DNA of 52,522 bases, taken from Bacillota bacterium. GTDB taxonomy: Bacteria > Bacillota > Sulfobacillia > RBS10-35 > JAJYVN01. A program made the position numbers and the translations under genes. Shown here one piece after another: positions 26,769-35,719 of the stretch. The stretch spans positions 1 through 52,522 of the forward strand of contig JAJYVV010000002.1 of assembly GCA_021791815.1 (NCBI GenBank). Reading direction: 5' to 3'. A model generated the notes under the pieces. It ran no database searches. It worked only from the letters and a program-made list of their open reading frames with translations, and was not told the DNA's origin. How positions within the stretch are numbered: position 1 is the first letter of the stretch; every line of letters starts with the position of its first letter.

Positions 26769-27689
26769 CTATGGCTGCCCAGCGGTTCCGGCTCGTTGGC
26801 CCCAGTGCCGGGCGACCCTCTCCCGCAGAAACGCCGCGGAGCGGCGCATCTCGTCCAGGCCGTTCATGCCGTCCTCGATGGAGATCCACCCGTCGAAGCC
26901 CTCGGCCGCCAGGGTCGAGAGGATGGCGTCGTAGTCGTTCATGCCCTTGCCGATCTCCCCGTGGCGCAGGATCGCCGCGTAGCCGACGGAGTCCTCGATG
27001 CCGCGCAGTTCCTCCACGGTGTGGCCCGGGAGGATGTAGCGATCGCTGGCGTGCATGCTGACCACGCGGTGCTTCACCGCGGCCAGCACCTCGAGGGGGT
27101 CCTCGCCGGCCAGGATGGCGTTGCTCGGGTCGTAGTTCACCCCGAACCAGGGCGAATCGATCTGGAGCGCGATGCGGCGGAACACGTCGAGGTGCTGGGC
27201 GAACTCCGGGTGCGTCCAGAAGTTGTCCTTGTAGTGGTTCTCCATGGCCAGGATGACGCCGCGCCGCTCGGCGTGCGGCAGGCAGGCCTCGATGCACTCG
27301 CGCACCCACGCCACGCCGGTCTCCACGTCCACGCCGGGGCGCCGCTGTCCGGAGAGGACGCGGCACGTGCGCGGCGCCGGGGCGTCGAAGAACGCGAGCG
27401 TGTCGATGGCGGCCTTCTGCCGCTCGACCTCCGCGGCGCGCGCGGCCGGGTCCGCCTGCGTGAAGTCGGGGGAGTAGCAGTACATCGGCACCGCCATCCC
27501 GTGCGCCCGGACGCGCGCGGCCACCTGGTCCATGTAGGCCCGGTCGGTACTGGCGAAGAAGCCTGGGTAGAACTCCAGGCCCTGCACCCCCAGCGTCGCG
27601 GCCATGTCGATCCACTCCAACAGCGTCAGGGACCGCTCGACGCAGAGCCGGTCCATGTAGCACTTGGGAAAGGCCGCGATCCGCGGCAT
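26769..27689 (-). CDS. Sugar phosphate isomerase/epimerase (xylose-isomerase-like TIM barrel; UlaE/SgbU-like)
   Basis: ATG 27689 lies 7 nt after AAGGAGG. 'LEWIDMAATLGVQGLEF', 'ILAMENH', 'GVNYDPSN' and 'GWISIEDG' fit the AP_endonuc_2/XI-like barrel metal sites. Confidence 0.85.
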   Translation of the reverse strand: MPRIAAFPKCYMDRLCVERSLTLLEWIDMAATLGVQGLEFYPGFFASTDRAYMDQVAARVRAHGMAVPMYCYSPDFTQADPAARAAEVERQKAAIDTLAFFDAPAPRTCRVLSGQRRPGVDVETGVAWVRECIEACLPHAERRGVILAMENHYKDNFWTHPEFAQHLDVFRRIALQIDSPWFGVNYDPSNAILAGEDPLEVLAAVKHRVVSMHASDRYILPGHTVEELRGIEDSVGYAAILRHGEIGKGMNDYDAILSTLAAEGFDGWISIEDGMNGLDEMRRSAAFLRERVARHWGQRAGTAGQP

Positions 27690-27839
27690 CGGGGGACCTC
27701 CTTCGGCGATGACACGGCGCGGCCCGGCGCCGCCTCTTGGGCCCTTCTCCCGGCCATGCACGTCCGCGATCCCGGCACCTCCCGCCTTCCGGCGGGCTCG
27801 GGCCCCGCTCCCGGGAAGCGCACCGGCCCCGGGTCGGCC

Positions 27840-29366
27840 CTACCGGCGCAAGCCCCTCGGCGGCCATCCCAGCAACTGGCGCACCCGTTCGGCCGACATG
27901 GTCCCGCTCGCCCCGCCGTCCCGATCGTCCGGGACGCGTGCCTCCGACGACTCCATCTCCAGCAGGAGGTCGTCCAACCGCCGGCGCAGCAGCGGGTCCG
28001 CGCTCGCCGCCGCCTGCCGCGGCGTTTTGCCCCCCAGGGCCGGAACCGGCGTGTCGCACCAGCGTCGCTCGTAGTCCCGCATGTGCGCGTCGAGCGCCTC
28101 CCGCAACGCCTGCGGGATGGCCTCGCCGTGCGCCGGTGCGGGGGGCGAGCCGCGTTCCTCCTCGCCGCCGCGGGCGAGCATCTCCCGGGGCGAACGCCGC
28201 TCCTGGCCGCGGAAGTCCACGTGGGCGCCCGCGGCGTCTTCCACAAGCGCGCGGCCGGCCGCGGCGCGCTTGGCCGACATGGCGACCAGCGTGAGGCGCG
28301 CCCCGTCCGCGCTCAGTTCGACCCGGCCGAGCGTCGGCTCCCCGGGGAGCAGCGCGTCGCGCTCGGGTTCCGGGAGCCCGCCGGGTCCGGCCCACCGGGG
28401 GTCCCCCGGCGCCGGCAGCCAGTCCCACCGCGGTTCCTCGCCGTCCCGGCGCAGGTCCCCCGTCCGGCCGTCCAGGGCCGCGATCACGGCGGGGGCGTCG
28501 CGCACCTGCCACCCGACCCGGCAGAACTCCACCGGCTCGCCCGTCGTGGTGCGAACCTCGGGCAGGGACGGCTGGCGGCGGGCGCGCACCACGTAGTGGT
28601 GCAGGAGGTGCGGGCGTTCCCGCCAGAGGTCCCGCCAACCGGCCGCCGGCCGGACCTCGCGCAGCCGGGAAAGTTCGACCTCGCCCCATGCACGCAGCGC
28701 GTGCACCGCGTGGGCGGGCAGGACGCATTGCGCGTGGCGCAGGGCGTAGAGCCCCTCCAGCGGCATCAGGCAGGCGATGAGGACGTCGCCGGGGACGGCC
28801 TGTCCGGTGGCCGCCGACTCGCCCACTTCGAAGACCTCGTCCGTGAAGACGTCCCGCAGCCACAAGCGGCGCCCGGGGACGATCCGCAGCACCTGGAACG
28901 CCGAACTGAACGCCTGCCGCAGCGCGTCCACGATCCGGCCCGCGGCGGTGTCGTCCGGGACCGCCGTGGCACCGACGGCCAGGTCCAGGAGCGTCGGCGC
29001 GGGGTCGCTCGCGTCGCGGCCCGCCCGCCGCGCGACCTCCGCGGGCAGGCCTTCGAGCGGCGCCCCGTCCAACAGCGAGCGCACGAAGTCGAAGGTGTCC
29101 GCGGCCGCCCCGCCGCCCGTCGCCTCGATGGCGGCCCCGATCGGCCCCGGGGGCCTGTCGTCCGGCCAGTACCGGGCCCAAAGGCGCTCCACCGTGGGGA
29201 AGACTTCCGGCACGCGGATCATGCGGACCAGGATCTGGTCCAGTTGCTGCGCGTCCGCGCGCGCCCGCTCGAAGGCCTGGTCGCGCGGGAGGCAGCACGC
29301 CTTGTACTTCCGGCCGCTGCCACAGGGGCATGGGTCATTCCGCCCCACGCGACGCAGGGACGCCAC
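27840..29366 (-). CDS. SEC-C metal-binding-motif protein (motif at extreme N-terminus), otherwise uncharacterised
   Basis: GTG start 9 nt after GAGGAGGA. 'RNDPCPCGSGRKYKACC' at residues 9-25. The C-terminal 'WCDTPVPALGGKTPRQAA' resembles the DUF2384/MbcA-ParS-type helical domain. 508 aa. Confidence 0.75.
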   Translation of the reverse strand: MASLRRVGRNDPCPCGSGRKYKACCLPRDQAFERARADAQQLDQILVRMIRVPEVFPTVERLWARYWPDDRPPGPIGAAIEATGGGAAADTFDFVRSLLDGAPLEGLPAEVARRAGRDASDPAPTLLDLAVGATAVPDDTAAGRIVDALRQAFSSAFQVLRIVPGRRLWLRDVFTDEVFEVGESAATGQAVPGDVLIACLMPLEGLYALRHAQCVLPAHAVHALRAWGEVELSRLREVRPAAGWRDLWRERPHLLHHYVVRARRQPSLPEVRTTTGEPVEFCRVGWQVRDAPAVIAALDGRTGDLRRDGEEPRWDWLPAPGDPRWAGPGGLPEPERDALLPGEPTLGRVELSADGARLTLVAMSAKRAAAGRALVEDAAGAHVDFRGQERRSPREMLARGGEEERGSPPAPAHGEAIPQALREALDAHMRDYERRWCDTPVPALGGKTPRQAAASADPLLRRRLDDLLLEMESSEARVPDDRDGGASGTMSAERVRQLLGWPPRGLRR

Positions 29367-29501
29367 CGCCGTCCATCCTCCTCGACCGGGGCTACCGCGC
29401 CGCGGGCCGCGATCCCTTCCCGGGGCCGGCGGGCGAACGGAGGGCCCCGGCCCGACGCGGCGCCGCCGGAGGGAACCGCCCCGTCCGCGCCGCGGCTCCC
29501 G

Positions 29502-30584
29502 TCAGTGGACGGGGGGCAGGGCGTGCGGCCGGACGAGGCTGCCGCCCATCTCATGGGACTCCATGGCTGCCCACGTATACTCCAGCGCGGCCAGGGCGTC
29601 GCGGCCCGAGCCCCGCAGCGCGGCGCGCGGCACGCGGTTCGAGACATCCTCCAGGAAGGCGTGGATGCGGCGCGGGAAGGTCTGGTCGAAGTCCTTGATG
29701 CCGGAGTCGAACACGGATGCCTCCGGGGGTTGCTGCAGGCCCACCTTCTGTGCCGGCCAGAACGTGACTTTCTCGATGCAGTTCTCGATGCAGAACGTGC
29801 CCTTCGTGCCCCCGACCTCGATGCTCCACCATCCGCCCAGGCCCACGGGCGTGTCGCCGCGGGTGCTGAGGAGGTAGCCCACGGCGTCGTTGGCGAAGCG
29901 CATGTGGATGCTGGTCTGCGAGAGCATCACGTCCCCGGCGCGCTGGCGGAAGCCCGGCCGCCCGAAGAAGGCCTGCACGTGCGTGACGTCACCGCAGAGG
30001 TAGCGCATCACCGAGAGGGGGTGCGTCAGGAACGCCTTGGCGTGGAAGTAGGGGAAGCCCTTGGTCCGGTCGTCCTTCGGCGCCCCCCCGTACGTCGGCT
30101 CGCCGCCCGAGAATCCCATGCGCATCAGGCAGTACCGCAGCTCGCCCGCCTCGCCGTCCTCGACCATCTTCTTGGCGCGCTCGGCGGGCGGCGTGAAGTA
30201 GTGGTTGAGGTTGCAGGCGAAGTAGACGCCCTTCTCGTCCGCGCGCGCCACCATGCGCCGGGCCTCGCGGACGTCGCTGGAGAGCGGCTTCTCCACGAGG
30301 ACGTTGCGGCCCCGGTCCAGCGCCTCCATCACCGGCTCGTAATGCCAGCTCCCGTTCTCCCGCCCGCCGGTCGTGACGTCGACCACGTCGAGGTCCGGGT
30401 GCGCGTCCAGCATCTCGGCCACGCTGTAGTAGGCCTTCGTCTCGTACCGGCGGGCCGCGGCGTCGGCGCGGTCGCGCACGATGTCGCAGACCCCGACGAG
30501 ATCCGCCAGCGGATCCTCCTTGTGGCACTGGCAGTGGCGGTTGCCGATGCCCGCAATCCCCACGACTCCGACCTTCAAGGCCAT
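29502..30584 (-). CDS. Gfo/Idh/MocA family oxidoreductase
   Basis: ATG 30584 follows GGGAGG. 'LKVGVVGIAGIGNRH', 'VLVEKPLS' and the C-terminal alpha/beta domain. 360 aa. Confidence 0.9.
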   Translation of the reverse strand: MALKVGVVGIAGIGNRHCQCHKEDPLADLVGVCDIVRDRADAAARRYETKAYYSVAEMLDAHPDLDVVDVTTGGRENGSWHYEPVMEALDRGRNVLVEKPLSSDVREARRMVARADEKGVYFACNLNHYFTPPAERAKKMVEDGEAGELRYCLMRMGFSGGEPTYGGAPKDDRTKGFPYFHAKAFLTHPLSVMRYLCGDVTHVQAFFGRPGFRQRAGDVMLSQTSIHMRFANDAVGYLLSTRGDTPVGLGGWWSIEVGGTKGTFCIENCIEKVTFWPAQKVGLQQPPEASVFDSGIKDFDQTFPRRIHAFLEDVSNRVPRAALRGSGRDALAALEYTWAAMESHEMGGSLVRPHALPPVH

Positions 30585-30791
30585 GCCCGACGCCTCCCGA
30601 GGCCCGGCCGGCTCTGCCGGCGGGTCGGCCACGCTTTGGCCTCCGGCGGGCCGCCTCCTGCCGGAGCCCGTGCGGCGCGGTGGATGGCGCCTCTTCCGGG
30701 CATCCCGCCGCAGGGCGCCGCGCGGCCGTCCCGAAGACGGCTCGCTCGGGCGGGCGCCGGCGGGCGGCCCGGCCCGGGGAGGCGGGGCTCG

Positions 30792-31601
30792 ATGATCTCG
30801 CTGGGTGTCAACAGCGTCCTGTTCCGGCAGTTCGACTTCGCGACCGCCGCGCGGCGGATCGCCGCCTGCGGCTACGACGGGCTGGAGATCTCGGCGATCC
30901 AGGGGATGTGCGAGCACCTGCAGCTGGGCCGCTGGCGGGAGCAGGCGGCCGAACTCCGCGCCGTGATGGCGGAGACGGGGCTGCGCTTCCTTTCCATGGA
31001 GGTCGCCGGCATCGGGGATGAGGCACGCCTGATCTCCGCCTTCGAGGCCGGCGCCGAACTGGGCATACCCGTGGTCAACGTCGGCCCCGGCGGCAAGTCG
31101 GGCGTGCCGGCGGACCTGGACGCGAGTCTCGCCCGGCTGGCCCACCTGGCCGCGAAGGCGGAGCCCTACGGCGTGACCCTCTGCGTGAAGGCGCACGTGG
31201 GGGCCTCCGTCTTCGACACGCCGACGACGCTCCGCGCCATGGAGGCCATCCCCTCGCCCGCCTTCGGCATCGACATGGACCCCAGCCACATCTTCCGGGC
31301 CGGCGAGCGCCCGGAGGTGGCCATCCGCGACGTTCTGCCCCGCGTGCGGCACGTGCACATCCGCGACTACAGGAGCGGGCAGCCGGGCCCCGGCCCCGTC
31401 GAGCTGCAGGCCTGCGGCCGCGGCAACATCGACCTCTGGGGCTATTGCGGCGCGCTCGTCGAGGGCGGCTACGACGGGCCCGTGTGCCTGGAGGTGATCG
31501 GCGCGGGGCCCCAGCACGATCTGGGGCAGGTGTGCACCGTGGCCGCCGAATCTTACGGGTATCTGAACGCCTGCCTGCGGCGTCTCGGCGCCCGCGGCTG
31601 A
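30792..31601 (+). CDS. Sugar phosphate isomerase/epimerase (xylose-isomerase-like TIM barrel)
   Basis: ATG 30792 follows GGGGAGGCGGGG. 'CGYDGLEIS', 'LCVKAH', 'GIDMDPSH', 'HVHIRD' and 'VCLEV'. This is only the last 269 aa of a 1696-aa track ORF. Confidence 0.85.
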   Translation: MISLGVNSVLFRQFDFATAARRIAACGYDGLEISAIQGMCEHLQLGRWREQAAELRAVMAETGLRFLSMEVAGIGDEARLISAFEAGAELGIPVVNVGPGGKSGVPADLDASLARLAHLAAKAEPYGVTLCVKAHVGASVFDTPTTLRAMEAIPSPAFGIDMDPSHIFRAGERPEVAIRDVLPRVRHVHIRDYRSGQPGPGPVELQACGRGNIDLWGYCGALVEGGYDGPVCLEVIGAGPQHDLGQVCTVAAESYGYLNACLRRLGARG

Positions 31602-31663
31602 ACCGCCGGCGCGCGAGCGGACCCGAGGGCCGCACGGCCGACACAAGGGGGACCAGGGACGCC

Positions 31664-33046
31664 ATGCCGAGGAAGCCCGCCAACCTGCTCTTCTTCGGAA
31701 TCGACAGCCTGCGCCGCGACCACATGAGCGCCTATGGATACGGGCGCCGCACCACGCCGCACATCGAGCATCTGGCGGCGGGGGGCGCCCTGTTCGAGCA
31801 GCACTTCAGCCCGAGCATCCCCACGACCCCGGCCTACGCGGGCATGCTCACGGGGCAGGACTGCTTCGGCACCGACGTGGTGGCGCTCCGCCACCCGGGG
31901 CCCCTCGGGGGCCACGTGCGCACCCTTGCGGAGGTTCTGGGCGACAAGGGGTACAACACCACCTGCGTCGGCTTCACGGGCAATCCCTCCTCCCGGGGGT
32001 TCCAGAAGTACGTGGACTACTCGGGGTGGGGTCCGGACGAGACCGGCCGGAGCCCGAAGGCCGAGAACCTCAACCGCGTCGCCATCCCGGAGCTGCAGAG
32101 GCTGGCGCGGGAGGAGAACCCCTTCTTCCTCTTCCTCCGGCACATGGACCCCCACTCGCCGTACCTCCCGCCGCGGCCGTTCGAGCGCATCTTCTACGGC
32201 GGGGACGAGTTCGACCCGGGCAACCGCTCGATGGAGCCCGTGTATGCCTTCAAGCCCTTCTGCGACTATCTCCGCTCCTGGATCCCCGAGGGCTGCACGG
32301 ACCACCGCTACGTGGACGCGCAGTACGACGGCGCCGTGACCTACATGGACTCCTGCATCCAGAGCATCCTGACGACGCTGGCTGCCCTCGACCTGGAGGA
32401 CGAGACCCTGGTGGTCCTGACCGCGGACCACGGGGAGACGCTCTACGAGCACGATTGCTACTTCGACCACCACGGGCTGTACGAGTGCACGCTGGTGGTG
32501 CCCTGGATACTGCGCTGGCCCGGGCACGTGCCGGCGGGCCGGCGCGTCTCCGACCTCACGGTGATCTCGGATATCATGCCGACCGTCCTGGACCTGCTCG
32601 GGGTGCGGTCCGGCATCACCTTCACCGGCCGGAGCATGGCGCCGGTCCTGCGCGGGCGCGAGGTGCCGCGGCGCTCCGAGCTGTATCTCACCGAGGCGAC
32701 GTGGATGCGCAAGCACGGGTGGCGCACGCCCGAGTGGAAGCTGATCCACGCCCTCGAGCCCGACTTCCACTTCAAGCCGGAGGTCGAGCTGTACAACCTG
32801 GTGAAGGATCCGCTCGAACTGCACAACGTCGCCGCCGAGGAGCCGGTCGTCGTCTCGGCCCTGGAGGCGCGGATGCAGGCGTGGATCGCGCGGCGCGAAC
32901 GGGAGACCGGGCGGACCAACCCGGTGTTCACGAATGTCAACTGGCACGGAAAGGGCGGCGGCCCGTTCCAGAGCTCCCAGCAGGCCTACGACTCGCTGTA
33001 CATCGGTGGGCCGCGGCAGGCGCAGGCCTTGCAGGCCAAGCGCTGA
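31664..33046 (+). CDS. Sulfatase-family (alkaline-phosphatase superfamily) hydrolase lacking the C/S-x-P-x-R formylglycine motif
   Basis: 'NLLFFGIDSLRRDHM', 'TPAYAGMLTG', 'HMDPHSPY' and 'VLTADHGE' place it in the sulfatase fold. The nucleophile position reads T-T-P-A-Y instead of C/S-x-P-x-R. Confidence 0.85.
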   Translation: MPRKPANLLFFGIDSLRRDHMSAYGYGRRTTPHIEHLAAGGALFEQHFSPSIPTTPAYAGMLTGQDCFGTDVVALRHPGPLGGHVRTLAEVLGDKGYNTTCVGFTGNPSSRGFQKYVDYSGWGPDETGRSPKAENLNRVAIPELQRLAREENPFFLFLRHMDPHSPYLPPRPFERIFYGGDEFDPGNRSMEPVYAFKPFCDYLRSWIPEGCTDHRYVDAQYDGAVTYMDSCIQSILTTLAALDLEDETLVVLTADHGETLYEHDCYFDHHGLYECTLVVPWILRWPGHVPAGRRVSDLTVISDIMPTVLDLLGVRSGITFTGRSMAPVLRGREVPRRSELYLTEATWMRKHGWRTPEWKLIHALEPDFHFKPEVELYNLVKDPLELHNVAAEEPVVVSALEARMQAWIARRERETGRTNPVFTNVNWHGKGGGPFQSSQQAYDSLYIGGPRQAQALQAKR

Positions 33047-33113
33047 GGGGACGGCGGCACCGGTCCGGGGAGGGGTGGGCCCCACGGGCCCGCCCCTCCC
33101 CGGACCCGGGCGC

Positions 33114-34670
33114 CTACCACTTCTCGAGGATGGCCCCCTCGGCCGACAGCCAGTTCTGCACGGCCGCGACCTCCGGCGTGCCGAACTTGAGCACGGAAAG
33201 CCCCTCGCGCACCGAGAAGGCGGCCGCCACGCCCGCGGCGTCCCCCAGGACGCACTGGTTGGGCGCCGTGCGCAGGGCCCACCAGGCCCGCGACTCGATG
33301 CGGGCCGCGAACCCCGGCACCAGCAGGTTCGCGACCGGCGGCGCGAGGATCGCGTCCAGCGGCAACTGGGCCGGGTTCATCGCGGCCGACGTCGTCGGCA
33401 CCACCTCACCGTGCGTGTAGCCGGCGTTCTCCAACCAGGCGAAGCCGAGGCCGATCCGCCGCGGGCGGTGGCGGGCGTCGATCCCGTCGGCCCCGCCGGC
33501 GCCCGCGCCCGTGAGGTCCTCGACGCGCACGGCGAAGCGGTCCGGCCCCGGCGCCGTGGCATGGACCGTCTCGCGGAGCAGGAGCACTTCGGCGCAGCGC
33601 GGCTCGCCATCGCGCTCCGCGAAGCGGACCTTGCCCATCCCGGGGAACCGGCGGAGGGCGCCCAGCATGTCGGGCGACGTGGCCAGGTTGCGCGCTTCCC
33701 GGTAGGCGCTGTCCACGTCGCGCGACAGCGGGGGCACCGGTTCGCAGTCGCGCTCCGTGCCCGCGTCGTAGGCGCGCCGGCGGCCGTCGACGTTGTGCAC
33801 GAGGAGCGCGGACACCCAGAAGACGCCGCGCCCCTCCTCCCAGGCCCGCGGCGCGCCCACGCGGAACCCGGGGTGGGCGATGGCGAAGGCCTGCAGCACG
33901 GCGTCGTTGGCGGCGATGCCCGCGCCGCCCCAGAACACCCGGTGCGGGCCGTCCGGGCTCTGCTCCGTGGATGTGCCCCAGACCGCCCGGTCCTGGCCGT
34001 CCCGGGCCTGTTGGAGACCGCTCCAGTCCACGTCCTCCACGGCGACGAGGATGCTGGCCGCCATCTGGCGGCCGTCGGGGTCCCAGTCGGCGCGGCCCGT
34101 GGAAAGCCCCACGCCGGCGAGTCGCGCCAGGCGGCCGGTGGCGGATCCGTCGATGAAGACGTCGCCGGGCACCGTGACGGCCGGCGGGGCCCCCTCCGCC
34201 CCCTCGGGCAGGAGGGCCGGGATCGAGCCGGGGCCCGGCGAGAGGGGTCGGAGGCGGAGGGCGGAGACCGCCGGAAGGGGCCCCGCCGTCCGGGAACGAC
34301 CGCGCCGCGAGCGGCCGCGGGGCGCGGCCGCTGGACCGGCGACGGCCTCGAGCTCATGGCCCGCCAGAACCCGGACGCCGGCCGCCGCGAGGAGGGCCGC
34401 GAGGCGGGCCGCGAAGGCCTCGGGATCGTAGACGGGCCCCACCTCCTCCAGCCACTCGCGGAAGGTGCCGCCCTGCGGGTCCTGGCGCCGGCCGGCCCGC
34501 TGCCATTCCCTGCGCTCCCAGCCGCACAGGCCACCCAGTGTGATGACGCCGCCCGGCGCGCGCTCCGGAAAGGCGAGGGCGACGCCCGTCCCCCGCGGCG
34601 CGCGCCGGGCCGCCATCAGGGCGGCCGCCACGCCCGCGGCCTCGCCGCCGTACACGACGATGTCGGCCAC
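33114..34670 (-). CDS. FAD-dependent oxidoreductase (FAD_oxidored/PF12831-like)
   Basis: GTG 34670 lies 8 nt after GGAGG. Dinucleotide fold 'DIVVYGGEAAGVAAALMAA'. 518 aa. Confidence 0.7.
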   Translation of the reverse strand: MADIVVYGGEAAGVAAALMAARRAPRGTGVALAFPERAPGGVITLGGLCGWERREWQRAGRRQDPQGGTFREWLEEVGPVYDPEAFAARLAALLAAAGVRVLAGHELEAVAGPAAAPRGRSRRGRSRTAGPLPAVSALRLRPLSPGPGSIPALLPEGAEGAPPAVTVPGDVFIDGSATGRLARLAGVGLSTGRADWDPDGRQMAASILVAVEDVDWSGLQQARDGQDRAVWGTSTEQSPDGPHRVFWGGAGIAANDAVLQAFAIAHPGFRVGAPRAWEEGRGVFWVSALLVHNVDGRRRAYDAGTERDCEPVPPLSRDVDSAYREARNLATSPDMLGALRRFPGMGKVRFAERDGEPRCAEVLLLRETVHATAPGPDRFAVRVEDLTGAGAGGADGIDARHRPRRIGLGFAWLENAGYTHGEVVPTTSAAMNPAQLPLDAILAPPVANLLVPGFAARIESRAWWALRTAPNQCVLGDAAGVAAAFSVREGLSVLKFGTPEVAAVQNWLSAEGAILEKW

Positions 34671-35199
34671 GACTGCCACCTCCCACCCTGTCCCAGCGGG
34701 ACCCGCAATACGCCCACGCAGCCCGCCCAACCCAGCCCGGGTCAGGGCGGCACGAACGGACGTCCGCCGCCGGCGCACCGCGCACGACCTTGCGGGCCGC
34801 GGTCCACCCGGCCCGCGGGGGCTCGTCGTGACTACCTCTGCTGCCCAACGCGAAAACATCCGCCCGTCGCCGGCCCGCCCCGCGGGGCGGTGGCGCCGCG
34901 CATGGAGGGCGCACGGCCTCCCCCGCACCGGCACCGACGGGCGGCCCCGGCCGCGGGGAGCGGCCCTGCGGCCGCCGAGGCCGGGATCGTCCGCACTAAG
35001 GTGCACGCCGCAGGGAAGACGCTATGCTCGGCCCGCGCCGCGCACGCGTCCCCTGGGCCCAGGGGGCGGCGGCCGGCGGTGCGGGCGAAAAGGCGGCGCC
35101 CAGGCACGGGGCCCCGAACGCAGGGATTGGCCGCGGGCCCGCCATTTCCTCCGGAGGTGCGCCGGGGCCCCGGCATGCGGGCTCGGGCCGGGCCGGGGC

Positions 35200-35481
35200 C
35201 CCGGGGATCCGGCAGCAGCGCGGCGACGTCCGGCTCGCCGGGGCGCGCGGTCAGCGGGTCGCGCAGGAAGGAGACGCAGTGCGCCCGGCCGGTCGCGATG
35301 TCGCCGCCCACCGGCCCCGACGGGTAGCCCTCGACCGTTCGGTCCGTCGCCTCGGCGCGACCACGCGGCGGGCCGTGCCCGTGGCCACGAGCTGGTGTCG
35401 GGCCAGCACCTCCCGGTGCCGCGCCGCGCATCCGACCAGGCCCGCCTTGGGCTGGTCGCGGGCGATCCGTCCGGTGCGCAC
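35200..35481 (-). pseudogene. mgsA: Methylglyoxal synthase (mgsA) pseudogene
   Basis: GTG 35481 lies 9 nt after AAGGGAGG. '[37 protein letters not shown]' parallels '..IALIAHDxxKxxLVxFAxxHxxxLxxHxLYATGTTGxLI'. Then, in another frame (shift near 35355-35365), '[47 protein letters not shown]' parallels '..SGPLGGDQQIGAxIAEGxIDxVIFFRDPLTAQPHEPDVxALL'. The 'AHD' His is replaced (ARD), there is an internal deletion, and the C-terminus is unrecognisable. Confidence 0.6.
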
Positions 35482-35549
35482 CCTGGCCGGCCTCCCTTCG
35501 CTCCGTGGCGCCCGGCCGCGGCGGCGCGATCCAACCCCCTTCCAGCCCG

Positions 35550-35579
35550 TTGGCGATCGGGGCGCCGAAGGTCTATGAT
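35550..35579 (+). promoter_or_regulatory. Sigma-70-like promoter upstream of gnd
   Basis: TTGGCG (35550-35555), 18 nt, TATGAT (35574-35579). It shares the 'AAGGTCTA..ATGG' context with the promoter at 44926-44954. Confidence 0.45.
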
Positions 35580-35719
35580 GGCATCCGTTGTCCGGGCGCG
35601 GCATCCCCAGGACCCGCCGACCACCGCGCGCGGAGCCGGGGGCCGTGCCCTGGCTCCCCAGCGCCGACCCGGCTCCCCATCCTGGCCGACCGTCGGCCGC
35701 CCCCGGGAGGGACCTTTCC

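Noticed and set aside
25909-29331. 1140-aa minus-strand ORF
   Set aside because: No motifs and extreme Arg/Gly/Pro/Ala bias. It shares sequence with the TIM-barrel and SEC-C genes (same strand, other frames) and with a plus-strand gene.
26511-31601. 1696-aa ORF on the plus strand, the longest in the window
   Set aside because: Arg/Pro/Gly/Ala/His-rich text without motifs. It lies antisense to or out of frame with three well-supported minus-strand genes. Only its last 269 aa (from ATG 30792, with SD) form a recognisable TIM-barrel protein. It is a stop-codon-poor artefact of high G+C.
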